Below are positions 20,136 to 28,586 of a stretch of DNA of 64,000 nucleotides, piece by piece. This DNA comes from Polyangiaceae bacterium (GTDB lineage: Bacteria > Myxococcota_A > Polyangia > Polyangiales > Polyangiaceae): assembly GCA_044222475.1 (NCBI GenBank), contig JBGANF010000003.1, positions 32,001 to 96,000 on the forward strand. The letters run 5' to 3'. A model generated the notes under the pieces. The model was not told the origin of the DNA. It searched no databases and was given only the letters and a program-made list of their open reading frames with translations. Position 1 is the stretch's first letter, and each line of letters begins with the position of its first letter. Position numbers and translations under genes: made by a program.

Positions 20136-20594
20136 ATGACCCTTCGCCGGCCCGCCCTCGACCCATCGACCCTCCCCGCCCGCAATGCATCGGGGTACCC
20201 CGAGCCGTTCCGATCGCGCGTTCTGCCGCGCGAGAAGCGCGCGCTCGGAGACGCCCTCGGTCTGACGAAGATCGGGGTCAATCTCACGACACTGCTACCC
20301 GGCAAACAGTCGTCGGTGCGCCACTCGCACACGCTCGAAGACGAGATGGTGTTCATCCTCGAGGGGGAGGTGGTTCTCCGAACCGACGCCGGCGAGCAAG
20401 TCCTCGGCGCCGGCATGTGCGCGGCCTTTCCGGCCGGCGACACCGATGCGCACCACCTCGTCAACCGGAGCGACCGCCCGGCGCGCTACCTCGAGATCAG
20501 CAACCGCGACGCCGCGGACATTGCCATCTATCCAGACGACGATCTGAAGCTCATCCGAAACGCGGACGGGAGCTTCGAGTTCGGCCCGAAGTGA
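20136..20594 (+). CDS. Cupin domain protein
   Basis: LGDALGLTKIGVN, HSHTLEDE, AHHLVN. Confidence 0.88.
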   Translation: MTLRRPALDPSTLPARNASGYPEPFRSRVLPREKRALGDALGLTKIGVNLTTLLPGKQSSVRHSHTLEDEMVFILEGEVVLRTDAGEQVLGAGMCAAFPAGDTDAHHLVNRSDRPARYLEISNRDAADIAIYPDDDLKLIRNADGSFEFGPK

Positions 20595-20808
20595 CTACCG
20601 GCACGTCGAGGGACCCCACGACTGGCACGTCCCGGTCATGCACGCGAGCAGCGCTCGTGCAGTGGTTAGTCGTCGAACAAACTGCACCGCGCTTCTCTGT
20701 ATCGATCGTGGGTACGTTCTGCGCCGACGGGACGCACCGTACGAGCGGCATGTGCAGGCCACCCGCGGTCTCGTCTGCCGGCTAGCGACGTGCTGCGGAC
20801 GGGCGGAG

Positions 20809-20837
20809 GTGGCGCGCAAGTGGCGCTGGAGTGGCGC
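20809..20837. promoter_or_regulatory. GTGGCGC x3 at 11-bp period (candidate upstream binding sites)
   Basis: Copies start at 20809, 20820 and 20831. Confidence 0.45.
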
Positions 20838-20885
20838 CGCCACCCGCTCGCGCTCGTAAGGCCTCGAATTCGTTGGCGTCGGTTT

Positions 20886-20901
20886 TGGCACCGATCGTGC
20901 G
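20886..20901 (+). promoter_or_regulatory. Putative sigma54 promoter for the MarR-family gene
   Basis: TGGCACCGATCGTGCG: TGGCAC -24 element and GG-N10-GC spacing. Confidence 0.65.
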
Positions 20902-20912
20902 AAGCGGATCGC

Positions 20913-21452
20913 ATGGACCGAACACTCTTCTGCGCCAAGCGCGTTCACTTCTCGTACAGCACGCACGCCAATCGACACGTTCGGCGTTGGAACCTCACCG
21001 CCGGACGAATCGATCTCTTCGTGTGCCATCGGGCCGTCATGCGGGAGCACTTCGCCGTTTACCAGTCCGATCTGCGCGCCCGCCTCGGTGTCACTCGCGC
21101 CACCATCAGCATCATGCTGAAACGCATGGAGCGCCTGGGGTTCGTGGAACGACGTCGCAGCGATGGTGACCGAAGACAGGTCGTCGTGACCATCACTCCG
21201 GCCGGCTACGCCGCATTCGAGCATGCTCGCCGCCTGGTCGACGACGACGTCTACCGACGCATCGTCGACGACAAGCTCGTCCTGTTGGATTCCGACGGAC
21301 TGCGGCAGAAGCGCGCCCGGTACCTCGTCTACTTGGACGGCATCCGCGGAAGGTTCGGTGACATGGCGCACCCGCCCTACCCGGCTGACCCGTATCCAAT
21401 GGACGAACGTGAGGCGGCCGTGCTCGCACTACTTCAGAAGTACTGCGCCTGA
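20913..21452 (+). CDS. MarR family winged-helix transcriptional regulator
   Basis: QSDLRARLGVTRATISIMLKRMERLGFVERR..DRRQVVVTITPAG. Confidence 0.8.
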   Translation: MDRTLFCAKRVHFSYSTHANRHVRRWNLTAGRIDLFVCHRAVMREHFAVYQSDLRARLGVTRATISIMLKRMERLGFVERRRSDGDRRQVVVTITPAGYAAFEHARRLVDDDVYRRIVDDKLVLLDSDGLRQKRARYLVYLDGIRGRFGDMAHPPYPADPYPMDEREAAVLALLQKYCA

Positions 21453-21764
21453 CGCACCGGCGGTAGTGAGACCTTCGGCGAGGAGCGCAAGCTCCTCGGC
21501 GGCATCGTCGACCAGTCCCAGCGCCGCGTAGTCGTCCGCCAGCGAGCGTCGGACCGCGTGAAGCGCCGGATCGAGGCGAAGAACCTGACGTCGGATACCA
21601 CACCGCTTCAAGACCGTCGGGCGCCCAGAGCGGCACTCGAGGGGGCCCGCGTCGGGAAGGGCGCAATAGAGTAGGTACTGCGCGATCGCTCCCCCCGTGT
21701 CTCCTTGCTCGAGGAGCGCGTCGCCTCGACGCAGGAGCTCGCGGGCTTCGACCGGCTCGAGCAT
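21429..21764 (-). CDS. Small TPR-like protein
   Basis: LLRRGDALLEQGDTGGAIAQY, QVLRLDP, LADDYAALGLVDDA; directly follows the ABC exporter. Confidence 0.55.
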   Translation of the reverse strand: MLEPVEARELLRRGDALLEQGDTGGAIAQYLLYCALPDAGPLECRSGRPTVLKRCGIRRQVLRLDPALHAVRRSLADDYAALGLVDDAAEELALLAEGLTTAGASGAVLLK

Positions 21765-21771
21765 CGCGACC

Positions 21772-23622
21772 TCAGACTGCCAGCTCCCGAGCCAGCTGCA
21801 AGCGATAGAGCTTCGCGTACACGCCGTCCTTCGCCAGCAGCTCGTCGTGGGTCCCCTGCTCCATCAGGCGACCCTTGTGCAGTACGACGATCCGGTCGAC
21901 CGCCTTGATCGTCGACAAACGGTGCGCGATGACCACCGCGGTCCGACCCTCCATGACCGCTTCGAGCGCCACTTGGAGCCGTGCCTCCGTCGCCGAGTCG
22001 ACGCTCGCGGTCGCCTCGTCGAGCAGCAGCAGCGGCGCGTCGCGGTAGAGCGCCCTCGCGAACGCTATGAGTTGCCGCTCCCCGGCGCTGAAGTTCTGGC
22101 CCCGCTCGTCGACCGGCATGTCCAGGAAGTCTCCGCCGTCGCACCGGGCCTCGAAGAGCTCCCGCGCACCAACCCGCTCGAACGCGCGCACCGCACGGTC
22201 CCGGTCGGCTTTCTCGTCGCTCATCGCGACGTTCGAGAGCAGCGTCCCCGAGAACAGGAACACGTCCTGCGGGACGACCGCGAACTGCTCGCGGAGCTCG
22301 TTGCGCTTCCAGCGCCGCACGTCCTTGCCGAGCACACGGACGACGCCGTTCGTCACCTCGTAGAGCCGCAGCAGCAAGCTCCCGATCGTCGTCTTGCCCG
22401 AGCCCGTCGCGCCGACGAGCGCGATCTTCTCGCCGCGCTTCGCGGTGATCGTGACGTCGCGGAGGACCGGCGCCCCCGGCTTGTACTCGAAGAGCACCTG
22501 GTCGAGCGCGATCCCCTCGCCCTCGGGTCCGTCGGGCGCGCAATCCTTCGCAGCGACGTCGCTCTCGCGATCCGTCACGTCGAGGAGTTGGAAGATGCGC
22601 TCCGCCCCGGTCATGGCCGACTGCAGGATCGTGTACCGCTGCGACAGGATGCTGATCGGCTCGAAGAACTGCTTGATGTACCCGCTGAACGTCACCACGA
22701 GCGCGAACGTCTCCCCGCGAGAGTGCCGCTCGATGCCGACGTAGAACAGAACGCTCCCGATGCATATCGTGGCGACCATCTCGATCGCCGCATCGAGGAT
22801 CGCTTCGTAGTAGATCGAGCGCTTGTTGGCGTCGCGGTAGGCGTCGTTGATCTCGTCGAACTCGGCGGCCATCGCGTCTTCTCGGGCGTACGCCTGGACG
22901 ACCGCGATGCCGCTCACCTGCTCGTTGAGGAACGCGTTGAGGCGCGCGGTCTTCGTGCGGATGTCGCGAAATGCTTCACGCGAGCGCTTTCGCACTGCGT
23001 TCACGATCAGCGCCACGATCGGGAGCGCGGCGAACGCGATCAGCGACATGCGCCAGTCGAGGACCGTCATCGCGATGACGATCCCGACGAGCGTGAGCAG
23101 GTCGCCCGCCGCGTTGAGTACGCCGGCGGCGAAGAGCTCGCCGACCGCGTCGACGTCGTTCGTCACGCGCGTGACCAGGCGCCCGACCGGCGTCTTGTCG
23201 AAGAAGCGCAGCGAGAGCTTCTGCAGGAACACGAAGACGTGCGTGCGCAGATCGGCCATCGCGCGCGCGCCGGCGACCTGCATCGCGTAGACCTGACCGA
23301 ACGTCACGGCCTGCATCACCAGCACGAGCCCGGTGAGGATCAACCCGTCACGCCACAAGAGCGGGAGGTCCCGCGCGTCGGCCTGGCGAACGACGTCGCC
23401 CATCAACAGCGGCCTGGCGAGGTTCACCGCCGCGAGCACGACGAGGGCGAGGAGCGAGAGCCAGACGAACCGCGCGTGGGGCCGCACGAACGGCCACAGC
23501 CGCTTCGCCAGCCGTACGTCGTAGACGTTCCCGACGGCGTCCTCTTCGTGGAAGGCGCGCAGCTTGACCTCGCTGGCCGCGCGCGCCTTCGTGGCGCCGC
23601 TCTCGGGTGCGCGAGCGGTCAT
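21772..23622 (-). CDS. ABC exporter, fused permease/ATPase (MdlB-like subunit)
   Basis: TM domain, GATGSGKT, FSAGERQ, LLLDEATASVD, IAHRLST. Confidence 0.93.
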   Translation of the reverse strand: MTARAPESGATKARAASEVKLRAFHEEDAVGNVYDVRLAKRLWPFVRPHARFVWLSLLALVVLAAVNLARPLLMGDVVRQADARDLPLLWRDGLILTGLVLVMQAVTFGQVYAMQVAGARAMADLRTHVFVFLQKLSLRFFDKTPVGRLVTRVTNDVDAVGELFAAGVLNAAGDLLTLVGIVIAMTVLDWRMSLIAFAALPIVALIVNAVRKRSREAFRDIRTKTARLNAFLNEQVSGIAVVQAYAREDAMAAEFDEINDAYRDANKRSIYYEAILDAAIEMVATICIGSVLFYVGIERHSRGETFALVVTFSGYIKQFFEPISILSQRYTILQSAMTGAERIFQLLDVTDRESDVAAKDCAPDGPEGEGIALDQVLFEYKPGAPVLRDVTITAKRGEKIALVGATGSGKTTIGSLLLRLYEVTNGVVRVLGKDVRRWKRNELREQFAVVPQDVFLFSGTLLSNVAMSDEKADRDRAVRAFERVGARELFEARCDGGDFLDMPVDERGQNFSAGERQLIAFARALYRDAPLLLLDEATASVDSATEARLQVALEAVMEGRTAVVIAHRLSTIKAVDRIVVLHKGRLMEQGTHDELLAKDGVYAKLYRLQLARELAV

Positions 23623-25376
23623 CGTCCCGACTCCGCGATGCCGTCGAACGCCTCGAGCTCGCTCATCGCGCGCTGCTCGTCGGCGAAGTCCTTGTAGATG
23701 CCCGGGCGCGCGACGAGCTCGTCGTGCGTCCCGCGGTCGACGATCTTCCCGCGATCGAGCACCACGATCGCGTCGCACTTCGACGCCGCTGCCACCCGAT
23801 GCGTCACGAGGAGCACCGTGCGCTTCTTCGCCTGCCGCTCGATCGCCTCGAGAATCGCCGCCTCGGTCTTGGCGTCGACCGCGCTGAGCGGGTCGTCGAG
23901 CAACAGGATGCGTGGCTCCCAGATCAGGGCGCGCGCGAGCGCGATGCGCTGCCGCTGGCCGCCCGAGAGCTGGACGCCGCGCTCGCCCACGACCGTGTCG
24001 AAGCCCTCGGGTAGGCTCATCGCCTCTTCCAGCACCTGAGCCTCGCGCGCCGCGCCCCGCACGCGCTCGATCGCCTCGGGCGAGTCGGGGTCGTCGAGCG
24101 CGAAGGCCACGTTGCGCGAGACGGTGGTCGAGAACAGGAACGCGTCCTGCTGCGCGTATCCCAAGATGGTACGAAGGTCCCCGAGATCGAGGTCGCACAC
24201 GTCGACGCCGTCGAGAAACACCTCGCCGCGCGGCGTGGGGAGCAAGCGCGCCAACAGGAGCGCGAGGGTCGACTTCCCCGCACCGGTCTTGCCGACGATC
24301 GCGAGCGATCTCCCGGGCGCCACCTCGAAATCGACGCCATCGAGGACCTTGCGGTCGCCGTACGCGAACGAGAGCCCGGCGACTCGCAGCCCGCCGCGTC
24401 CCTCCGGCGCGTGCTCGGTGCCCGACTCGATCTCGGGCTTGGTCTCGAAGATCTCCTGCAGCCGGATGAAGCACGCCCGCCCGCGCTGCAGGATCGACAG
24501 CGAGAACCCGAGCGCGATGATTGGCCAGGTCATGCGCGCGAGCGCGAGCTGAAACGCGAAGAACCCGCCTTTCGTGATCCCGCCGTCGGACACCGGCACG
24601 AGGAGCAGGTTCGCCCCGTAGATGAAGAACACGAGCACGCTCACCGCGCTCGCCGCGCCGAGCATCGGGATCATCGAGCCGCGCAGCCTCGCGAGGCTGA
24701 GACTCGCCTCGAGGTACTCGTCGTTCGACTTGCGGAACCGCTCGAGCTCCCGCTCCTCGAGGGCGAAGCTCCGGACGACGCGCACGCCGGCGAGGTTCGC
24801 CTGAGCGAGCGACGACAGCCTCCCGAGCGCGTCCTGGTTCACGCGCGTGCGGGTGAACATCTGCTTGGAGAAGCTCCGCGTGACGAGCACGAGGATCGGC
24901 AGCATCACGAACGACGCGAGCGTCAGCCGCCACGAGATCGACAGCATGATCTGCAGCGCGCTCGTGAACGCGAAGAGCACGTTGACGACGTTGAGGACGC
25001 CGAACCCGTAGAGCAGCCGCACCTGACCGAGATCGTTCGTGGCCCTGCTCATGATCTCGCCGGCGGGCATCTTCCGGTAGAACGCACTGCCGAGCTGGTG
25101 CAGCCGATGCAACAGCAGCGCGCGCATCTCGTACTCGACGTCGCGGCCGGCGTTGAAGATGAAGTACCGGGACGCGACGCGGGTCACGAACGCCACCACC
25201 GCCAGCCCGAGGATGATCGATGCCGGCCGCCACGCGTTCTCCGGCGTGGCGCCGAAGATCGTATCGATCGCCGCTTTCGTGAGCCAGTCGATGCGGTTCA
25301 TGGACAGCTGGAAGCCGGCCAGGACGACGGTACCAAGGAGGTACGCCGGGAGGTGGCGCCGGAACTGACCCCACAT
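23619..25376 (-). CDS. ABC exporter, fused permease/ATPase (MdlA-like subunit)
   Basis: TM domain, GKTGAGKST, LSGGQRQR, LLLDDPLSAVD; 4-bp overlap with its partner. Confidence 0.93.
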   Translation of the reverse strand: MWGQFRRHLPAYLLGTVVLAGFQLSMNRIDWLTKAAIDTIFGATPENAWRPASIILGLAVVAFVTRVASRYFIFNAGRDVEYEMRALLLHRLHQLGSAFYRKMPAGEIMSRATNDLGQVRLLYGFGVLNVVNVLFAFTSALQIMLSISWRLTLASFVMLPILVLVTRSFSKQMFTRTRVNQDALGRLSSLAQANLAGVRVVRSFALEERELERFRKSNDEYLEASLSLARLRGSMIPMLGAASAVSVLVFFIYGANLLLVPVSDGGITKGGFFAFQLALARMTWPIIALGFSLSILQRGRACFIRLQEIFETKPEIESGTEHAPEGRGGLRVAGLSFAYGDRKVLDGVDFEVAPGRSLAIVGKTGAGKSTLALLLARLLPTPRGEVFLDGVDVCDLDLGDLRTILGYAQQDAFLFSTTVSRNVAFALDDPDSPEAIERVRGAAREAQVLEEAMSLPEGFDTVVGERGVQLSGGQRQRIALARALIWEPRILLLDDPLSAVDAKTEAAILEAIERQAKKRTVLLVTHRVAAASKCDAIVVLDRGKIVDRGTHDELVARPGIYKDFADEQRAMSELEAFDGIAESGR

Positions 25377-25405
25377 GGTGCCGGGAATGTGCGCGGGATC
25401 GATGC

Positions 25406-26299
25406 TCAAGGCTTGAGCCTTCGATGCGACGAGCCGAGTCGCAGTCGCGGCTGAAGCGCAGGCCGGAGGTCCGCGAGATCGATGTGGACGGCGAGCAGGC
25501 CGAAGAGCACGCGCGCGCCGCCTCGGCCGTCGAGCTCCTGGATGAGCCCTTCGCGCCCGGCGAACGGGCCGTCGATCGGACAGACTCGCGCGCCGCGCTC
25601 GAGCGCGCGCGCCGACACCTTGCGCTGCGCGCGGCCGTCGCCCGCGCCGCCGGTCGCGCCGAGCGCGCGGAGGAGCTCGCCGACCGCGACCGCGGCGTCG
25701 GCGAACGACGCTCCGAGCGACGATGCAAAGAGCAACGCCACGTCGCGGGGAACGCGGAAGCTGACCGCGATGGGGCGCCCCTCGGCGCGAGCTCGGCGCG
25801 CGAGGTGACGGAGCTCGGTGACCGAGCGCACGGGGACGCGGGTCCACGGATCGTCGAGCCCGAGCTCGAGCTGCTCGGGGAGCGCGGCGAACGCGGCGGC
25901 GACGCGAGACGCGCGAGCCGGCGTCGGGACTGCGTCGTCGATCGCGTCGAGCTCGGGCGCGCCTTCGAGGCGAAGTCCGAGGTGGATGGACTCCGCGTCG
26001 ACGCCGAGCTTGAGCACGCCGCCCTTGCGTCGGAACTGGAGGGAGACCTCTTGGCGCTCCACCTGATGGCCGTTCTTGCCGCTCGGCAGCGCGTCGCTCA
26101 CGCTGACGACGACCGGGATGCCGAGGTCGGCGAAGCGGGTCGCGACGGCGCGGGCCCAGCCGAGCAACCTCCGCTGGAGGTCCACGCGTGCGGCGGAGAA
26201 CAGCGTCGAGCGGGCTCGCTCGGGCGCATGGGCGTCGAAGTCCGCCCCGCGAGGTGCGAGCGCGGCCGCACCGCGAGCCGTCTTGGGCCCGGTCGTCAT
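25406..26299 (-). CDS. Hypothetical protein with C-terminal NusG-like KOW domain
   Basis: C-terminal GARVCPIDGPFAGREGLIQELDGRGGARVLFG. Start MTTGPK is preceded by AAGGA. Confidence 0.65.
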   Translation of the reverse strand: MTTGPKTARGAAALAPRGADFDAHAPERARSTLFSAARVDLQRRLLGWARAVATRFADLGIPVVVSVSDALPSGKNGHQVERQEVSLQFRRKGGVLKLGVDAESIHLGLRLEGAPELDAIDDAVPTPARASRVAAAFAALPEQLELGLDDPWTRVPVRSVTELRHLARRARAEGRPIAVSFRVPRDVALLFASSLGASFADAAVAVGELLRALGATGGAGDGRAQRKVSARALERGARVCPIDGPFAGREGLIQELDGRGGARVLFGLLAVHIDLADLRPALQPRLRLGSSHRRLKP

Positions 26300-26405
26300 C
26301 GGCCATTCCTTCGCGTCTCGCGGCGAGAAAGTCAACCCGGTCGAGGGGTTAGGCTCTTCCGCGTCATTCGCAAAAAGTTTCGTGGTTTCCACTGGTTCAC
26401 CCATC

Positions 26406-26446
26406 TTGACACATCGCGTCATGAGCCCCAGGTTTCGTGCGGAGGT
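26406..26446 (+). promoter_or_regulatory. Putative sigma70 promoter and SD upstream of a small ORF / rpoH
   Basis: TTGACA (26406), 17-nt spacer, weak -10 CAGGTT; GGAGGT at 26441. Confidence 0.45.
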
Positions 26447-26452
26447 GAACCG

Positions 26453-26602
26453 ATGGCCAATCGCATGACGGCAAACAATCCGACGGAGGCCAAGGCGACG
26501 CCGGACAGGAATGGCGCACCGATGGAGCTGGTTCCAGCCACGGTCCTCGGGCTCGCGCTCACCGCGCTTGCATGGATCTACGCATGCTGGGCGCTTCGCT
26601 GA
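26453..26602 (+). CDS. Putative 49-aa single-TM small protein
   Basis: GGAGGT 6 nt before the ATG; ends LVPATVLGLALTALAWIYACWALR. Confidence 0.5.
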   Translation: MANRMTANNPTEAKATPDRNGAPMELVPATVLGLALTALAWIYACWALR

Positions 26603-26649
26603 CGCCTGCCGTGACAAACCCCGGCCGTTCTATTACCAATCTCCCCACC

Positions 26650-27753
26650 GTGGCCCGCATCAAGAAGAAAGACGGCGAGCGCCGCTCGCCGGCCAAGGAG
26701 AAGGCGCCGGCCCCGGCCGCCGACGAGGAGACGACCGAGGCGTCGTCCGAGGGCGAGGGCGAGAGCGAAGGCGAAGGCGAGGCCCGCGAAGAGGGGGCCG
26801 ACACCGACGGCGACGCCGAGCCGGCGGACGAAGGCGCGGGCGAGGGCGAGAGCGACGTCGACGAGGCTCCGGTGTCGAGTCAGACGGCGAACACCCTCGC
26901 CAAGTTCGACATGATGGCGACGTACCTCCGTGAGGTGCAGCGCCACCCGCTCCTGACGCCCGAGCAGACGCACGAGCTCGCGGTGAAGTTCCTCCAGACG
27001 CAGGACCCGCGCATCGCAGCGCAGATGGTGACCGCGAACCTGCGGCTCGTCGTGAAGATCGCGTACGAGTACCGCCGCGCCTACAAGAACATCATGGACC
27101 TCGTGCAGGAGGGCAACATCGGCCTCATGCAAGCGGTCAAGCGCTACGACCCGTACCGCGGCGTGAAGCTCTCGTCGTACGCGGCGTGGTGGATCCGCGC
27201 GTACATCCTGCGCTTCATCCTCAACAACTGGCGTCTCGTGAAGCTCGGGACGACGCAAGCGCAGCGGAAGCTCTTCTTCAACCTGCGGAAGAAGCGCCAA
27301 GAGCTCCAGGCGATGGGCATCGATCCGACCCACGCCGAGATCGCGAAGCAGCTCAACGTGCCCGAGAACGACGTCGCCGAGATGGACGCGCGCCTCGCCG
27401 CGTCGGAGAAATCGCTCGACGCGCCGGTCGGCGACTCCGACGGCCGCTCGATCGCCAAGGTCGACATGATGCCGACCTCCACCGAGGGCCCCGAGTCGCT
27501 CATGGCCGACGGGGAGCTCCAGTCGCTCCTCAAGGACAAACTCGCCGATTTCCGGACGACGCTCGTCGGCAAGGACAAGGAGCTCGCCATCTTCGATCAC
27601 CGCTTGGTGGCGGAGGATCCGCTGACTCTCCAAGAGCTGGGTGACAAGTTCGGGATCTCGCGCGAGCGCGTGCGCCAGCTCGAGCAGCGGCTCACGAGCC
27701 GGCTCCGGGACTACCTCCGGTCCGAGATCGGCGACGCGGCCGAGCTGGTGTGA
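26650..27753 (+). CDS. rpoH: RNA polymerase sigma-32 (RpoH/SigB-like) factor
   Basis: ANLRLVVKIA, DLVQEGNIGL, RpoH box QRKLFFNLR, ISRERVRQLE; acidic N-terminal extension; GTG start assumed. Confidence 0.9.
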   Translation: MARIKKKDGERRSPAKEKAPAPAADEETTEASSEGEGESEGEGEAREEGADTDGDAEPADEGAGEGESDVDEAPVSSQTANTLAKFDMMATYLREVQRHPLLTPEQTHELAVKFLQTQDPRIAAQMVTANLRLVVKIAYEYRRAYKNIMDLVQEGNIGLMQAVKRYDPYRGVKLSSYAAWWIRAYILRFILNNWRLVKLGTTQAQRKLFFNLRKKRQELQAMGIDPTHAEIAKQLNVPENDVAEMDARLAASEKSLDAPVGDSDGRSIAKVDMMPTSTEGPESLMADGELQSLLKDKLADFRTTLVGKDKELAIFDHRLVAEDPLTLQELGDKFGISRERVRQLEQRLTSRLRDYLRSEIGDAAELV

Positions 27754-28586
27754 CGCTCTACCTGGTCGCCACGCCGATCGGGAACCTCGGCGACATGACA
27801 GCGCGCGCCATCGAAGCGCTGCGAACCTGCGATCTCGTCGCCGCCGAGGACACGCGGCGGACGCACAAGCTCCTGTCCCATTTTGGGATCGAGGGGAAGC
27901 GCATCGAGAGCCTCCACGCGCACTCGACCGAGAGCGACGTCGCCCGGATGGTCGACGCGCTCCGCGAAGGACGGTCGATCGCCCTCTGCACCGACGCCGG
28001 GACGCCCCAAGTGAGCGACCCCGGCGACGCCCTCGTGCGCGCGGCCATCGCGGCCGGGATCCAAGTCGTTCCCCTGCCCGGCCCGAGCGCGGTGCTGGCC
28101 GCGCTCTCCGGGAGCGGGCTCGGCACCGGCGGCGGCTTTCGCTTCGCCGGGTTCCTCCCTCGCGCCGGGACCGAGCGCGCGAGCGCGCTGCGCCGCGTCG
28201 CCGACGATCCCGAGCCGGTGATCCTCTTCGAGGCGAAGGGCCGGGTGGAGGACACCTTGCGCGACCTCGCCGCCGCGACGCCGACGCGCCCCGCGTGCGT
28301 CGCGCGCGAGCTCACCAAGGTGCACGAGGAGTTCGTGCGCGGGACCCTCGCCGAGCTGGCCGCCCTGGAGCGCGAGTGGATCGGCGAGATCGTCATCGTG
28401 CTCGGCGCTCACGATCCGGCCGCGCGGGAAGACGCCATCGACGACGCCGCGATCGACGCCCGCATCGACGAAGAGCTCGCCAAGGGCGCGCACGCCAAGA
28501 CCGTCGCCGAGCGGCTCGCCGCGTGGAGCGGCCGGAGCAAGCGCGACGTCTACGAGCGCGTCATTTCGCGGAAACGCGAAAGGTGA
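27750..28586 (+). CDS. rsmI: 16S rRNA C1402 2'-O-methyltransferase
   Basis: LYLVATPIGNLGD, AEDTRRT, DAGTPQVSDPG, ARELTKVHEE. Confidence 0.96.
   Translation: MTLYLVATPIGNLGDMTARAIEALRTCDLVAAEDTRRTHKLLSHFGIEGKRIESLHAHSTESDVARMVDALREGRSIALCTDAGTPQVSDPGDALVRAAIAAGIQVVPLPGPSAVLAALSGSGLGTGGGFRFAGFLPRAGTERASALRRVADDPEPVILFEAKGRVEDTLRDLAAATPTRPACVARELTKVHEEFVRGTLAELAALEREWIGEIVIVLGAHDPAAREDAIDDAAIDARIDEELAKGAHAKTVAERLAAWSGRSKRDVYERVISRKRER

Noticed and set aside
20594..20631. Imperfect direct repeat as an att site or target-site duplication
   Set aside because: The copies are only 24 bp apart, I found no matching copy at the far end of the cassette, and there is no integrase.
20623..20642. TGGCAC as another sigma54 site
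   Set aside because: No GC at the GG-N10 position (TC instead).
21772..26306. 1318-aa and 895-aa ABC ORFs
   Set aside because: The upstream extensions are alternate frames of neighbouring genes; the real starts are 23622 and 25376.
28561..28586. Short convergent 3' overlaps (rsmI/methyltransferase; also 55631-55659)
   Set aside because: Overlaps of 25-30 bp are common in compact high-GC genomes.
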